This document shows, piece by piece, positions 13,509 to 26,800 of a DNA stretch of 64,000 bases. A program made the position numbers and the translations under genes. The DNA is from Ascidiella aspersa (Eukaryota). The stretch is from positions 12,028,001-12,092,000 of the forward strand of contig OZ004612.1 of assembly GCA_963924565.1 (NCBI GenBank). The letters are read 5' to 3'. Below the pieces are notes generated by a model. The model was not told the DNA's origin. It searched no databases and saw only the letters and a list, made by a program, of their open reading frames with translations. Every line of letters begins with the position of its first letter. The stretch's first letter is position 1.

Positions 13509-16500
13509 ATCTAATGATTTTAAAAGTCGATATGGTTTGGACAACATTCAACATACGATTTAGCAAAACTGTAGGGCGTCGAATTTCCATTGAAATTAAA
13601 AATTTGGAGACAATCCTTGTCAAATTCGTAAATACTTCCACGATTTTTTCTGATACGGTTTCAGCCCACATCATATTCTATAATTTTCTGCTCCCAAAAG
13701 AAAAAAAATATTGCATACCACGCGAAATTCAAAAACAAAACTAAAATCAACATTATAACACTCAGATTTGAAAAGCAAACCTTTCACTCCGACGCCGTAA
13801 GCGTTTTAATACGGGGTTATTCACCTACTTCAACCGCACGTCGGCGCCCGTAAAAGCGCAACACGTTGTCAGTAAAATTTAACAGACTTGTGAAAAATTT
13901 ACACCAAGCGGCATCGTGTGTAAAACACCCTTTAAGCCATCACGCAACCTACAGGCCAGCCGAACGTCCAACACTTGATCTTCGCCGACAACATTGCTCG
14001 GCTAATGTGTGTGTTTTCTTATCGGGCCGCGTCGTAAATTCTGCCGCAAACCGACCATTCATTTCCCGTAATCCGGCGCGAATTGAGTATATAAACCTGG
14101 CGCGCTCGAAGCAGCCAATTGGCATTTTGTTGGCGCGATGTGTCCCGCGGGCGATTTGCAGTAATTTAAGCGGAGACGATTTAACCAGCAAGTGCAAGGC
14201 CAGGCGAACTGTCCGACATATTGATTTTGCTGGACGCCAATCGGCGAGGAAAGCTTAGCGAGGCGTTTTCCTTGTTTTGGAGCGCTTGTTTGGATACGGA
14301 AACGTAGTATTGGCAACACTTAAAAGAGCGGAAAATTAAGAAAGGTGGTTTGTGCCTAAAGTGCAAAACGCCAGTCGTAAAAACTCTTTTAAAATCGAGG
14401 CATCCAAATATAGTTGTACAACGTACGCTATTGGCTCAAAGGCCGTGTTTTACCATTATTTATCACTCATAGAATTGTAACACCAGCCTCACGCAAGGAT
14501 TGCATTTGCAGCCTCTAAAAGTCAATTTAAAGGAAATGTCTGAATTTCTGCAAGATTGTTAAAGTGTCTTGGTTGAACTTGAAAAAAAGCGAACTGCAAC
14601 ATTGATAAAGTGCCTTGGCTAACCTTAAAAAAACTTTTTCACCAGCAATCGCCTAAAAGTTACCTTGTCAAGCCTGCGAACTTTTGCTTGCGCGATTGGG
14701 TCAGCGTAACAAGTTGAAAGATTAACTTTTTGCGCAGCGAAACCGGCCAAAGTAGGGGGTTCTTCGGCGGCGCTTCATGGGCCGACGGTTTGCGCAATCC
14801 GCCGGGCTTTGCCCTATTTACAGGGCCCCGGTATTTACGCAATGCGAAGCATCCGCAACGAGAATAAAGCCAAGAAGAAACGGGAGCCGGGAATAGCCGC
14901 AGTGGCCTCTTGCCCGAACCCCCTGAAAAACTCGTCGCGTGCGACCGCCTAAATTCGACTTTTTCTTTTTGCTTACACGACCAGACGGGTACAGGGGTAG
15001 GGTCGCCCCTCCCACAACCCCCATCCGCCTACCCCCTTCCCCGATATCGAACAGGGTGCGCCATCGAGCGGAAAGATGGCGATAGATAAAACGAGACACA
15101 AGCGGAGGTTACAGCGGTTGAAGGAACGCCCTGCGTTTAGCACGGAATCGCAGAGTTTTTCATGCACGTTTGGCAATAATGCTTTGTTGACACGCAGCAG
15201 AGGCCTTTTTTCTCGTGTTTTTGCGCAGGGGAAAAGTAATTACCCTATATAGTTAACTAGATTCTTTGCCGCTGGGCCGTATTGGGAGAAGGGTAGATGA
15301 TACTTGCTTGTGCAGAACAAATGCTGGGACCCGTCCAAATGCGGGTCTGTTTTGTTGTTGTGTTGTTCTGCCGATAAAAATTCTTGTCAGTGCATTTCGA
15401 CTCGTTGCAGCGCATTGGACTTTGCTTTGCGAAGTACTTTTAGGGGGAACTATAGAATGACGATTTTTTTTCTTTGTGCGTTTATCAGTGTTACTTCGTT
15501 CATTTCTTTGTGGTCGCATGTACTACCAAAAACGTAATCATTGTTTTCAGTTAAATACTCTTTTTCGTTTTTGTCAAATGCTCTTTTCGTTTGAGGGCCA
15601 ATTTTTAGCTGCAAACTAAAGAGATAAATATTTGAAAGCTGTCACGGTTTTATTTACTTTTCCAAAAAAAAAATTTGGGTGGGGTGGGGTGGGGGGGGGG
15701 ATTTGCATGGCACGCGAATGCCCCACCAGGTTAAGATTGCAATCAGAAAATCTGTTAAAAACAAGGAGCCGAATCCATCAAAACAGAAAGTGCTTGACCA
15801 GCAGAACAGAGCGGCGACAATTGCCGAGTGCGTACAAGAAAAACCGCTCCGCGTTGGCTATTTAAGGGGCAAGGTTGGTCGAATAATATCGTGGGCCGCA
15901 GTGGGCGGGTCGCCAGGCCTTTGCGTGACTAGCTGGACCTAATCCGAGCCATCCATCAAAAACCGTTTGGTGTGTTTTATCCTTTTGCGAGCTCGCGCCC
16001 ACGTGATGTGCGTGAGAGAGAAAGAGAGGCCGACTGACCAGCCACAGCCCTCGGCAGAAAAGAAGAGAGCAATTTTCCTTTCTCTCGCAGGTCTTAGAAG
16101 CGGGGGGGAGGCCTCGATTGGCCGCCCGGGGACGCCAAACAATCAGAAGGCCTGGGCTGCGCCGTTGGCGACAATTTGTGCTGACACGGAGGACGGGGTA
16201 ACAGGGGGATCGGAACGCCGCTTGATTTTGACACATTCACCTGTGGGCAGTTTCGGGCTAGGGGATGATCTGGTGCATTTAGGGTCTTCAAAACAACTCG
16301 AGCTGCTTGCAATTGTTGCTACTAGTTTAGACTGCTTATACAATTGTTATTTAGTGTAGGCCAGTTGGTTATTTTACAGGTGGTGGTGGATTTTAGCTTT
16401 TGCGTTTTTGCAGTTACGTCAGCACGAGCGATTACGTATCGCTTATTTCGGTCGCGTGTGTTTCTGCTGTTGTAGCAGTGTTTGGTGCGGTTGACATCGC

Positions 16501-16968
16501 AGCGCCAAGGCGATCAGGTGTCACGCGGTCGATAAGATTTTGCGTTCTGATGCGACCGTTTTCTGACCGGGGCGATTGCGGCAAAGAGAAGCAGCGTTGA
16601 ATGGAAAATCGAGGCGTTACGCAACTGCTGTGTCGGGCTAAAGTAAAATAAAATCGTCGGAAGCGCGTAATCTGTTATCCGCAGTGTAAATGTTCGCGCT
16701 ATATCTGGACGTTTACACAGAACGGCGTGGCAGTCTTTCTTCCCGCCCGCAGTATTGTAATGACAGTTTATGTTGGTTCCGCGTGTCTGCGAATATGTAT
16801 TGTCGGCCAGCGGTCGCTATTGTGTCTAAACGTAAACCCTTGAATCGCAGCGCCAAAGAAGTGTCCTCTAAGCCGTTCTTTTCTAACCTCTATTTTCCTT
16901 CTCGTGCAGCATTAAGTGCCCTCGCGTCCGCGCTTTGAAACCCGAACTTTCGACCACAAATTTCTGGA

Positions 16969-16975
16969 TATATAA
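16969..16975 (+). promoter_or_regulatory. Candidate TATA box of the FGF gene
   Basis: TATATAA in GC-rich context ~170 nt upstream of the ATG. Confidence 0.55.
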
Positions 16976-17140
16976 GCGCCAGTGCGAGAAGATCCGCCCA
17001 CACACCGCCACAGCGACGAGCAACGACGAAACGCCCCGCCGGAATCGCAACGCCGAAATCCCGCCGAAGTACACAAATGAGGTCGAGCTCCTTCGTCGTC
17101 GGAAAATAACTATGTTCGCTTCCCCCAAGTTGCCAGCACC

Positions 17141-17870
17141 ATGCTCACGATTTTCTCAACGTGCGTCACAAAGCTGCTGATCGCCCGCCCCGCCGCTGCT
17201 GCCAACCGTGACAACGTGACGTCAAACAGACGTCATCGACCGAACGTTCGCATCAACGCATTAAGTTGCGTACTCGCGCTCCTCTTGTTACTCGCCTGTT
17301 TTTCCGCCGCATCCTCAGCACCCGCATATTCCTCCACTAAAGGACTTCTAAGAAGAATGGAGGCCAGGAGCAGCGATGTTCTCCTGGAGGAAAGCCAAAG
17401 CAAACGCCTTCACCAAAAATACGATGAAGCAGAAGCGTCCCTGGCGACGCGATGCCGATCTTGCCACAGACTAAGGACTATTGGCTTGGACGTGGAGCAC
17501 GTTCTCCTTAACGCAAAGGACATCACGACTTCGCCCAAAGGACATATGCTCCGTAGAACGCTGCGCCTTTGCAAATCCCTTACTTATCAACAGTACAGGT
17601 TCGCCTGCATTCGATCCGACTCCGGGCCGATTGTTCCCTCCAACACCTTAACCGCCGAACCTCAACACGACGACCGATTAGTGACGTCACAGTCAGTCAG
17701 TGACCTCGCTGTCGTGACGTCACCGCTGCGCAGCAAGCTCCTGAGCAGGCGAAGACGTTTTTTACCCGCCGGCGACCGAAGGAGACGCCGGCTGTTCAGC
17801 AAGACCGGCTTCTTACTTCAGATTCTCCCCAACGGAAAAATCCGAGGGACGCAAAGGAAAACACAACACA
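17141..17870 (+). CDS. FGF coding exon 1 (N-terminal extension, signal peptide, pro-region, first strands of core)
   Basis: ATG in cagcaccATG context; open frame to the GTAAGT donor at 17871. The 303-aa track ORF reads through into the intron. Confidence 0.9.
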
Positions 17871-20800
17871 GTAAGTCGCTTCTATTTAATTTAATTATTT
17901 TTTATCTAAGATTGTTGGATAACTTTTTTAAGTGGTTCTTTTGGTGCGTAATTTATTTTCCAAACGGAAATGGTGCAATCAAATGGCTAGATCGCAATTT
18001 TTGTAAAAGTTACCCCCTCTTAGCCCGTTTAACCTCAAATGTTGTGCGCTAAATCGTGCGAGGCGCGAGTTTATGGACTTGCAACGAGCCGCGTCTAATT
18101 CACTCGCGCTAACATGCGAGTTTAAGTGCTTGTAGTCGAATTACCCAATAGTTGGTTTTGTGAGGGTGAAATTGCGATCATTCACGGGCATGTGAACCGT
18201 GGCCTTGTGGACAGAGTCGGGAAAATCATTAGCTTCCGTTCGCGGCCCTTGTTTCGATCAGAAAAACACAAAACTTGCTCCGCGGGCGCCTGAGCCTTTA
18301 CTCGCCCGACATGGGTATCTTGTTACGTCGTTAAGGACGCTACTTCAGTTCGCTTGCCTGCCCTATGGCCAACGTGTAAAACTGCAAGTCGAGCGGCGCG
18401 CGAGGATACTTTCGCAAGGCCCGAGGGTTAGGCCAGTCCGGCTGACCCCTTGCTTAGGTGATCTGCGCGTCGAGTGTTTACTTAGCTTTGGGGATAATTG
18501 GGCAAACAGAGTTTCTCGCCTATTTTAAGGCTCTCACGCCCTGTAACACCCTTCAGATTCGCTCCAGCCCACGCTATAGGCCACCGTATAACAAGGGGCG
18601 GTCTTGAGGACAACTATAATGCTGATTTTGCGTGGTCATCCTGCGGGTTAGGAGATGTGTTGAAAGGAAGGCGCGATAGGCCCAGGTGGGGCGGGCAAAT
18701 CAAAGTCTCGACAAAATGCAAGTAAGCACCCAGCGGTGCAATCGCAAGCAAAACAACAAGGCGTAACGTAGATGCTACGTGACCTCGACTGCGCACAACT
18801 GCGGCTTGCAAAACCCGATGACTGACGAAACGCAGTCGAACCGTTCTCAGGCCATTTTTTTTGTAAAAACACACAATTTTGTCGAGGCGAAAACGAGTTA
18901 AGCGCAAGTGTCTATAGATCCACCTAATGTTGATCCCGGTGTGCAATTTCTCTTTTTTAAATTAATGTATTCAACCGTTCTAAGGCCATTTTTTAGGTGA
19001 AAACACACAATTTTGTCGAGGCGAAACCCGGTTTTACAGTGCCTAGATCCACCCAACGTTGATCCGGGTGTGCAATTTCTCTTTTTTTAAATTAATGTTT
19101 TCGGGCACAACGCCAAGAAATCGCAAATTTCCACTGCCATGGGGGGCAATCATTTGCCGCCAGACACCGATGTTGGGCCGGATAAGGGCAAGAAGCCACT
19201 CGGCGAAGACACAACATAGGCATAACTCATAATTAGCAGCTATTTTTGCCACTGAACGTCGAACCCTGCTTTCTGCGCGCAGCGATTTGAGATAAATTTG
19301 GCGTGCCGCTTTCCACGGCCGAGCGGGTTCCCTTTGTCGGGCGTCTTAGGCGCTTATGGGATAAAGATTCGACAGCGTAACCCGCAAATATAGCTGCATT
19401 ATATTTGGGTTAGGTTTCGGCTCCACGAGTTTCGTTTCTTTTTTTTGGAAGCTGCTACAGCGCGATGCGGTTTCGGCGAATTTTTTGCTGCGGGCTTGAA
19501 GGCCCCAATGTGGAGAAGGCGCGGTCGCTAAATTACGGCACAGCCCTGCCCTGGGAACCTCGACGGTCCTGGGTAATTGATAAAGCTGGAGGGCGTGGGC
19601 AAAGTAAAATTATGGGTATTTCTCGGGCAATTGCTGTTCGACGACCTATACGGTACCCACAAGCATGCGTCCCATTAGGCCGCACCTTCTCGATTAAGAG
19701 CAATAACAACCAGATTGCCCGCTTTATACTAAAGGTGGTGCAGCCGTATACAAAGTAGGATATGAGAATATTACACAACCATTTATCTCTAATTTTGTTT
19801 GAGGTAATCCAATCATTGCCGCGCAAACAAGATTTAAGCTTTATGTAAAAACACTCTTTCGCGCAAAGTTTACGTTTTCGTTGAAAGCTAAAGCGTCCTC
19901 TTTCCACACTTGACACAAGAAGAAGAAAAAACCTTTAATCCCTTCCAGGGCCCCACTTTTCCCAAATCCGGTTTAGTGAAGCGCATTTTATTCGAAGTGC
20001 CCAACTTGCATCGTGGACACAAAAAAAACGGCCGGGCCAAGAACAACAACAAAAACTCCCTCCCGCGCTGAAAATGCTCGCGCAAAGCTGGGCCGAGCGG
20101 GTCGCCGGGGGATGATCCCAACAGCTGATCCCTTAACGCAGAAGCAGCGGTTCATCTTCCCGGTCGCGTGTAGCGAGTTTCGTTGGGCATTAGTAGAGGG
20201 CCAATGGGCGACGGGACCTTTGAACCGGCGGGCGGGCGCGAACATGAAAAGCCGCCAACTCTCGCACGCTAAGTAATCGATATGAATTGCTGGCCCGGGC
20301 TCGCGCGGCGCCTGGCTTCGTGTAGGTGGGTGTCCGGGCCCCGGCAAATCTCTGTGGGAAAACGCCATCCACGCTCGTGTTGGTTTAGGATCGGCGAAAT
20401 GCCCTGTTGATTTTCAATGGCGGAGCGGCTGTCTGATCTAGCGGACAGGTTTGACTGATGATCCCCATCACCCCCCCCCCCCCTCCCCTAACCTAGCTCA
20501 GCCCGCGCTGGGCTTAATCAGCGCGCCCAAAACAAGGCGGGCGGCGCTGCCTTTGCCCCCTGACTTTCGCACGCACGCACGATCGCCGACCAGCCAAGAG
20601 CGAGAAAGTTCAAAATAGTTTTTTTTTAATTTAGTATGAATCTAAGCGCGCAAAGGTGAATCGTTTAGTAAGGGGGGTCAAGCTATTTACTTCTATTTTT
20701 TCACAAACTTTGGCATTTTAGTAACACACTCTGATTACCATTCAGACTTCGGCTACAGATTTTATATAGAAATCAACTTACAAATATATTTATTCCGTTT

Positions 20801-23800
20801 AATGTTAACCCTCTCCCGCAAGACAACGGCGCTATATATAGCATCTCTGCTGTCTTAGCACTATTTATAGATATTTATCAAATGACCATAACACCAGCAG
20901 CCCACCAGCGAGGCGACTAAAACAACGCCGACGCGCTTCGCTGTCCACTGTTCAGTCATAATGGCCCTGGATCATTATTCACATAGAGCGCTAGAATTCC
21001 AGAGTCCCGCGGTAAACAACCCTACCAAATCCACAGCCGGTAGCGTGCCCAAAGTGCTGCTGCTTCTGCTGAGCGATTGAAGACGCTGTGGTCTCGCTGT
21101 CGCGATAGTTGACATAAGGCTCGCGGCTACGATAATCTTTTCGGCCGGCGGTGCGATGGGTGACAGTGGGCGAATGACTTCTGTGTCAACATGACGTGAG
21201 AAGGGACCGCGATGCGACCCCCTGCGGCGCGGCAAAGGCGGCGTCGATCCGCGCCTGGGCACACGCCCAAGTCTAAAAGCGAGCACGCATTTTTTGCCCC
21301 GCTATTGTTACCGAATGCCGACGCCTATCGTATGCAAAGCGGCTCCAAAAACCAAAATCGCCAAAGTTGAATCAGCGCGGATCGCGTTGCTTAAAATTAA
21401 AGGTCGTTTTTCACATAAAAAATGCTCTTCCGTGTTTTAGCCCAAAGGAGTTGATCATCGTTTAATCGACCCGCAATCAAGCTTGTGTGTTTAGTGGTAA
21501 AATGAAACTGCACAGTCAACATTGTTTCGCCCATCTTAAAAATTACAGAGTCTTCAAAAAACAACTACAGGATACAGAAACAATTAAGGACAACCGCTTT
21601 CAAAAAAATGTACTAATAGGAGCTAAGTAATGGCATTATATTGCATGCTCAAGTTCGGCATTTTGAACTTGATCACAGTCCAATGCGCGCAAGGTACGAT
21701 TTTCGCTCTTCGCGTTTCGTTTTGTTCATAAATATCGTAGCGTAAAATCGGATTGGCAATACGCTCGATTGCATAATTGCGCTATTAACATGAATCCCTG
21801 ATTGAAGTGAACCGGCAACTATGTGAGTTATCCTCGGTTGCGTGCGATTAAATTAGAACAAGATGGACTTTTCTTCTGGTTTCGGTCTGGAAAACCCCTA
21901 GACTCACAATAAAAGTTCAAAAGCCTAATAAAATCACTGTATATGGTAAATACAGGCTTGGGTTAAAAACAATAACTATAGAGATCCAGTCAAACTTTAT
22001 TCAGGCGAACTCACCAAATATAAAAAAGATATCAACAAAACGACAAATACAATCTGTTAAATATAAAATATTTGTATAACATCACTATAGACAAACTTTC
22101 GTCCATCTAAGTTTCAATGTGAATTTTTTTTTAAATCCACTCTAAATAACTAAATCACTGAAAGCGAATGCAGACTGGGATGTGAATGAGCGTCGTCCAG
22201 AACCCGGCCAACACATCAGCACTGCAGGTGTGTCGGCATCGATTTGCCAAGAAAACTTGTTTTTCGTAAATAGACTTGCTGCCATGAGCCGCCTATGGTG
22301 AGGATGAGCAAATATTTGTCGTTCCGATCACGCTAGCGTCGCTGGAACGAAATTCGGACACGTCCAAAACGCCAAACCTTTACAATTTCTGTTTGTGATC
22401 TTATTTTGGCTTGTCCAATTTATACCACATGATAAAAAATGCATCACAAATCTTGCAACCTGTGATCAATTTAGGACGGGGTCAACTGCGTGGTTAAACT
22501 TATATTAACTATACGAATTTTTTTATTGGCGACTTAATTAAGATAATTCGATTGGACGGGTTAACAGTCAGTAAAAGGTGCATTAAGAGTAGACTGTTAG
22601 CAGTAGCCCAACCTTGAATGTTCTTCCGACATCTAGGCGTTGGGGCAACGGCAAATGTACACTGGCGGTGACGACCCAGTTTCTCGGCACCCTTGTATAT
22701 TTGCGAAACATTGCGATAAACAGCTTAACGGAAGATAAATGGATTTGGAACTGGAGCGGCGGTTCGCCCAGCAATATTTTTGTTGGCGACCTTTTAGCCC
22801 CTTTTTCTCTCCCCCTTTGCCGCGTGGCGACCCAAAGAACCCCAGAGGCTCGAAAAGCCGCAATCTAATTAAGTGCTGGCGCTGCCGGGCTGTTTAAAAA
22901 AAGCTCGTTTTGGTGAAACACCACTCTACGTTCAAGCCAAACTTGGTTGCTCGCAATGGCTGGTTGCTTTTTAATTTGCGCGGAAATCATTTGGGGGAAT
23001 TTACACGGCAAAATAGCATTAGGTCAGGCACGCTAATATTTCAGGCGAACATCACACAACACTATAAGCAAATAGATTGAGGAATAAGCAGATTTTAGCT
23101 TTTATGCTTTTATGTAATTTCTTGCTATTCGCGTCATTCGTGCTGAGCGCGTTTTATCTTTTGGTACTTTTCATCAAAATTGGAAAAAAATCTAAATTCA
23201 CGCGGCCCCAACACAAAAGAAAAGCGAATTAGAGTGTTGTCGAGGGCGAAAGGGTAAAAATAGCCCTAAGTCGTTAACGGGAAATATAACTCTTGGGAGA
23301 TAATGAGTCATTCAGAAGGCCGAGAGTCCCTGCTTGACCTTATTCCCGTATTGGGGATCGCGCAGCTCTGACGTCAATGGTGACGTTGCACCTGCTCCTT
23401 TAAGAAGCAACCTACCCTTCGAATATCGACTGCCGTTTCATAATTACGTGTCATAACTCGAAACCGCTTTTGCGTTTGCGGTTCTTGACTTTTGTCTTGA
23501 GAACGTTTGGCGCAAATAAAGGTTCGGGCGAATTCGCGCAAATCCAAACGTAAAGAAGAAAAGTGGCCACTGCCTACGTAAGCGAATGGGCGAGCCCCCA
23601 GAAGTGGCCCATGAATAATGATATGACAACCTTCAACGCATAAACGCGAGTTCAAATCGCACTCAAGTACCGACTTTGTGTTATACAAATCCCGCTGTAC
23701 GAATTTTGAAGCAGGCGCTTTCTCTTAACTGTAAAAGAAATGCTCTGCTTTGTACAGGGCTATGTTTTGTATGTTCTGGTAATCTCTCTGCCCGAGAGCG

Positions 23801-26800
23801 ATCTTTAAAGGCGAGTCTTGTGCTTTGTATGGTTCCAGGGTAGATTGCATGAAAGGTGCCATTGCAACAGCGCTTTGACTGTAGCGTTTCTATAGCAGCA
23901 AGCAGCTAAACCCGGGCAAATTAACATTCCTTTAAGGTGTTTCTGCTTGCCAGGCGCGGATTTGCAAGACAAAGGCAACTGATAGTATTCAAAGGCACCT
24001 TGTTACCGGTTACCACAACAGAGCTAAAAATAGCCGAAAATTAGCGTTTCTTTTCGCGCGATAATAAAACCGTTAGGCCTCGAACGGCGACACCGAATAT
24101 GGAGTTGTTTCGCGGCCTTTGACAAAACAACACGGATGATCTATTAATGCCAGCTTAAGCCGCGTGCTCACAACAAAGGCGACTCGACTCACATGCAGGC
24201 CGCCCCCTGAAACTGAGCCGGCGCGGCGCCCAATCGGCCCAAACACAACACCACGCGGACCCGGATAGTTTGTGTCGCACACACGCCGCTCTCGTTCGCA
24301 GGTAAACGATGAACCGCGTGGGGAGCTGAGAATGTTTGCACAGCAAAGACGACTAGGCTCATCTGCGTGGTTTTTACTTTGACCCCGATGATTTCGGGTA
24401 AACTCGGCGGACAAAGGGTGCTGTTGCCGGTGAAAATATAACGCCGATGTCGGGGCCTGTTTTGGGTCATCAGGATTTTCTTTTCGCCCGCTGACTGACA
24501 GAAATGACAATTGCAGGCGATCCTGCCAAGCTGGGGATACTTTTGGCGCAATGTAACGCTCAGGCGCAGGGTTAGGGAACGCGGTGCCACAATAATTCCC
24601 ACGAAATTCGCCTTTAAATATACGCGTCGGTCAGTTCGAGCGTCCAGCGCGCTCGCTGTTGTCCCGACGCTCAAGGGGTATACCTTTGTTTACGTCATAA
24701 CAACTATTAAAGTGAGGCGTAACGTAATCGCCGAATCGCCGCCGCGGTAAGCCGAGAGGACGTAATCGCCGGAGCCCGTCGGTGAGACAAAGGCGCAAAG
24801 ACAACACTACAAGCCGAACAGTGCTCGGCCTGGGCATAGCCGGGTATATCGGTTTCAGTTGTGAGCGACCGCTGACCAACCGAAAAACACAGCCAAGCAT
24901 CCCTTCTCCCATTTCTGTTGGGCTGTTTTTGCTGGGTAGGCGACCGCTGGCGAATAGGTAAACACGCGCCCTGGCAAGCGCTTGCTTTAAACTAGGAGTA
25001 GGCGGGGGCGAGGGCCCGTGGCCCCGGGTATTATCCCTTACGGGCATCGGCGGCCCGGGCAGACGCACTACGGTTTCCGGCGGTGCCCCTGGGAAAGTGG
25101 TCCCTGTTTGTTTAACTCATCACGAGAGCGCGGCCTTGCTATCCTTAGCGCGATTAGTTGCTTGCTTGCGCGCACGCCACTGCTGGACAAGCCAGGGGTC
25201 GGGGGGAAATGTCAGACAAGGCGATCGCGTTAATAGCGAGCCTTCAAACGCGGCATGCACAGCAACGACAACACTCCGCAAAGCGGCCTAACCCGCGAGA
25301 GCTGCTGGACAATAGAAACTGCGGCCTGGAAGGCTGTTCCTGCTTGGCATACGCGCGCGTCTTATGCTCAGCTAATGGTGTCGGGACTGTCGCGAATACA
25401 GATTCTAAGCCAACGGTTTGACATTAGCCTCCAGCTGTTGCGCCCATTCGCCTTGCAAATGACACGCAAATTGAATTAAATGCCGACGAAAATTACCCGA
25501 AATGATTCACGAGCGACTTCTCTATACGTGTTGTTCGTTTGTTTTCAAGCCGCGAACAAGGGTTAACATTACAGGTGGAGTCTTATGTGGTGGTATATTG
25601 GTTTATAATTAAACATTGTTGTAATAAATTAGGAGAGTGTAGATTAGAACAACGGTTTCGCTCATTTGTTAGGTCGCCAATGGCAATGCAACCCAAACTA
25701 ATACAAATCTCTACAATAAAAAAAATTGTTTTCGTAACTACCGGGAAACACTGATTCACCATCCAACGAAAAAACATATATCTTGAACGTTCGTAGCTGC
25801 CTAGGAAAACAATGAGAGCACGCGTAATAACAAACTAACACTGACATGAATCACTTTCGCAAACAAAAATATTGTGTTATGTTTTGCACGTTTTTATGAA
25901 GTGAGGTTAAAATTAATAGGTTTTAAGACAACTTAATTTTTCGCGTATATAGCCTCGGAATTAACATAAATCATAAGCTCCCCGAAAACTACCCTTGGCA
26001 ACCGCACAGTAAAATGGTGGTTTAAATATTGCAACTCAGTCTCGCTTAGGAGAAACACCATCCCTCTACAATCTCCCAATACCATGGGTCCCGACGAAAT
26101 GTCGCGTGGCAACATTAGCCGTTATTCCCCATTAGCGGTCGTCGCCCGCGGTCGCTGCTCGCGCGACCCTCGTTTCACTGTGACGTCACTAAGGGATTCG
26201 AGACACTTTCGAAATCCCAGGTGCGGGATCCCTGTCAATCGCGAGCGAGGCGTGAGTGAATTAAAATCGACGCGCCAAATTGAGGGGCAAAGTACAGGCT
26301 TCGACTGCGTTAACCACTGCGTTCAATAATAAAGCGGATTTTGAAAGGTAATTTGACCTTGTCATATGTCCCCAAGTTGCAGAATAGAACTTGATTTCTT
26401 GTCCGATGTCAGAAAATAACGTAACGAACCTCTATAACCGAGGCGTTAGGGGTGTTTTAAAAATCCATCAACAGAGTTCTAAATAAAAAAAAATGTTTTT
26501 TATGTTGTTTTTTTTATTGCAAATGCACACGAGAGTTAGGTTGTGTAGTATTTTTGGGGTTGCTTTTTACAAAGGTTTTCCATTGTAAATTACGCCGTCC
26601 CGGGACATGAAGAACGCTATTGTATGCCTTGACGTTTCGGCGATAAAAGGACGTTTCCAATTTCTCTTTAGCTTACATCGCAGCTCGAAAAAAGCGGATA
26701 ACAAACTAAGCCTCACCGACACAAATTCCTACCGATTGTGGACGGAAAGATTCCAAACGAGAGAGTTAAAAACTTCACGCGAGGATCCCATCGATCTAGC

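Noticed and set aside
17871-18052. C-terminal tail of the 303-aa ORF (possible membrane-anchored FGF isoform)
   Set aside because: It follows a consensus GTAAGT donor, is AT-rich intron read-through, and would lack most of the FGF core.
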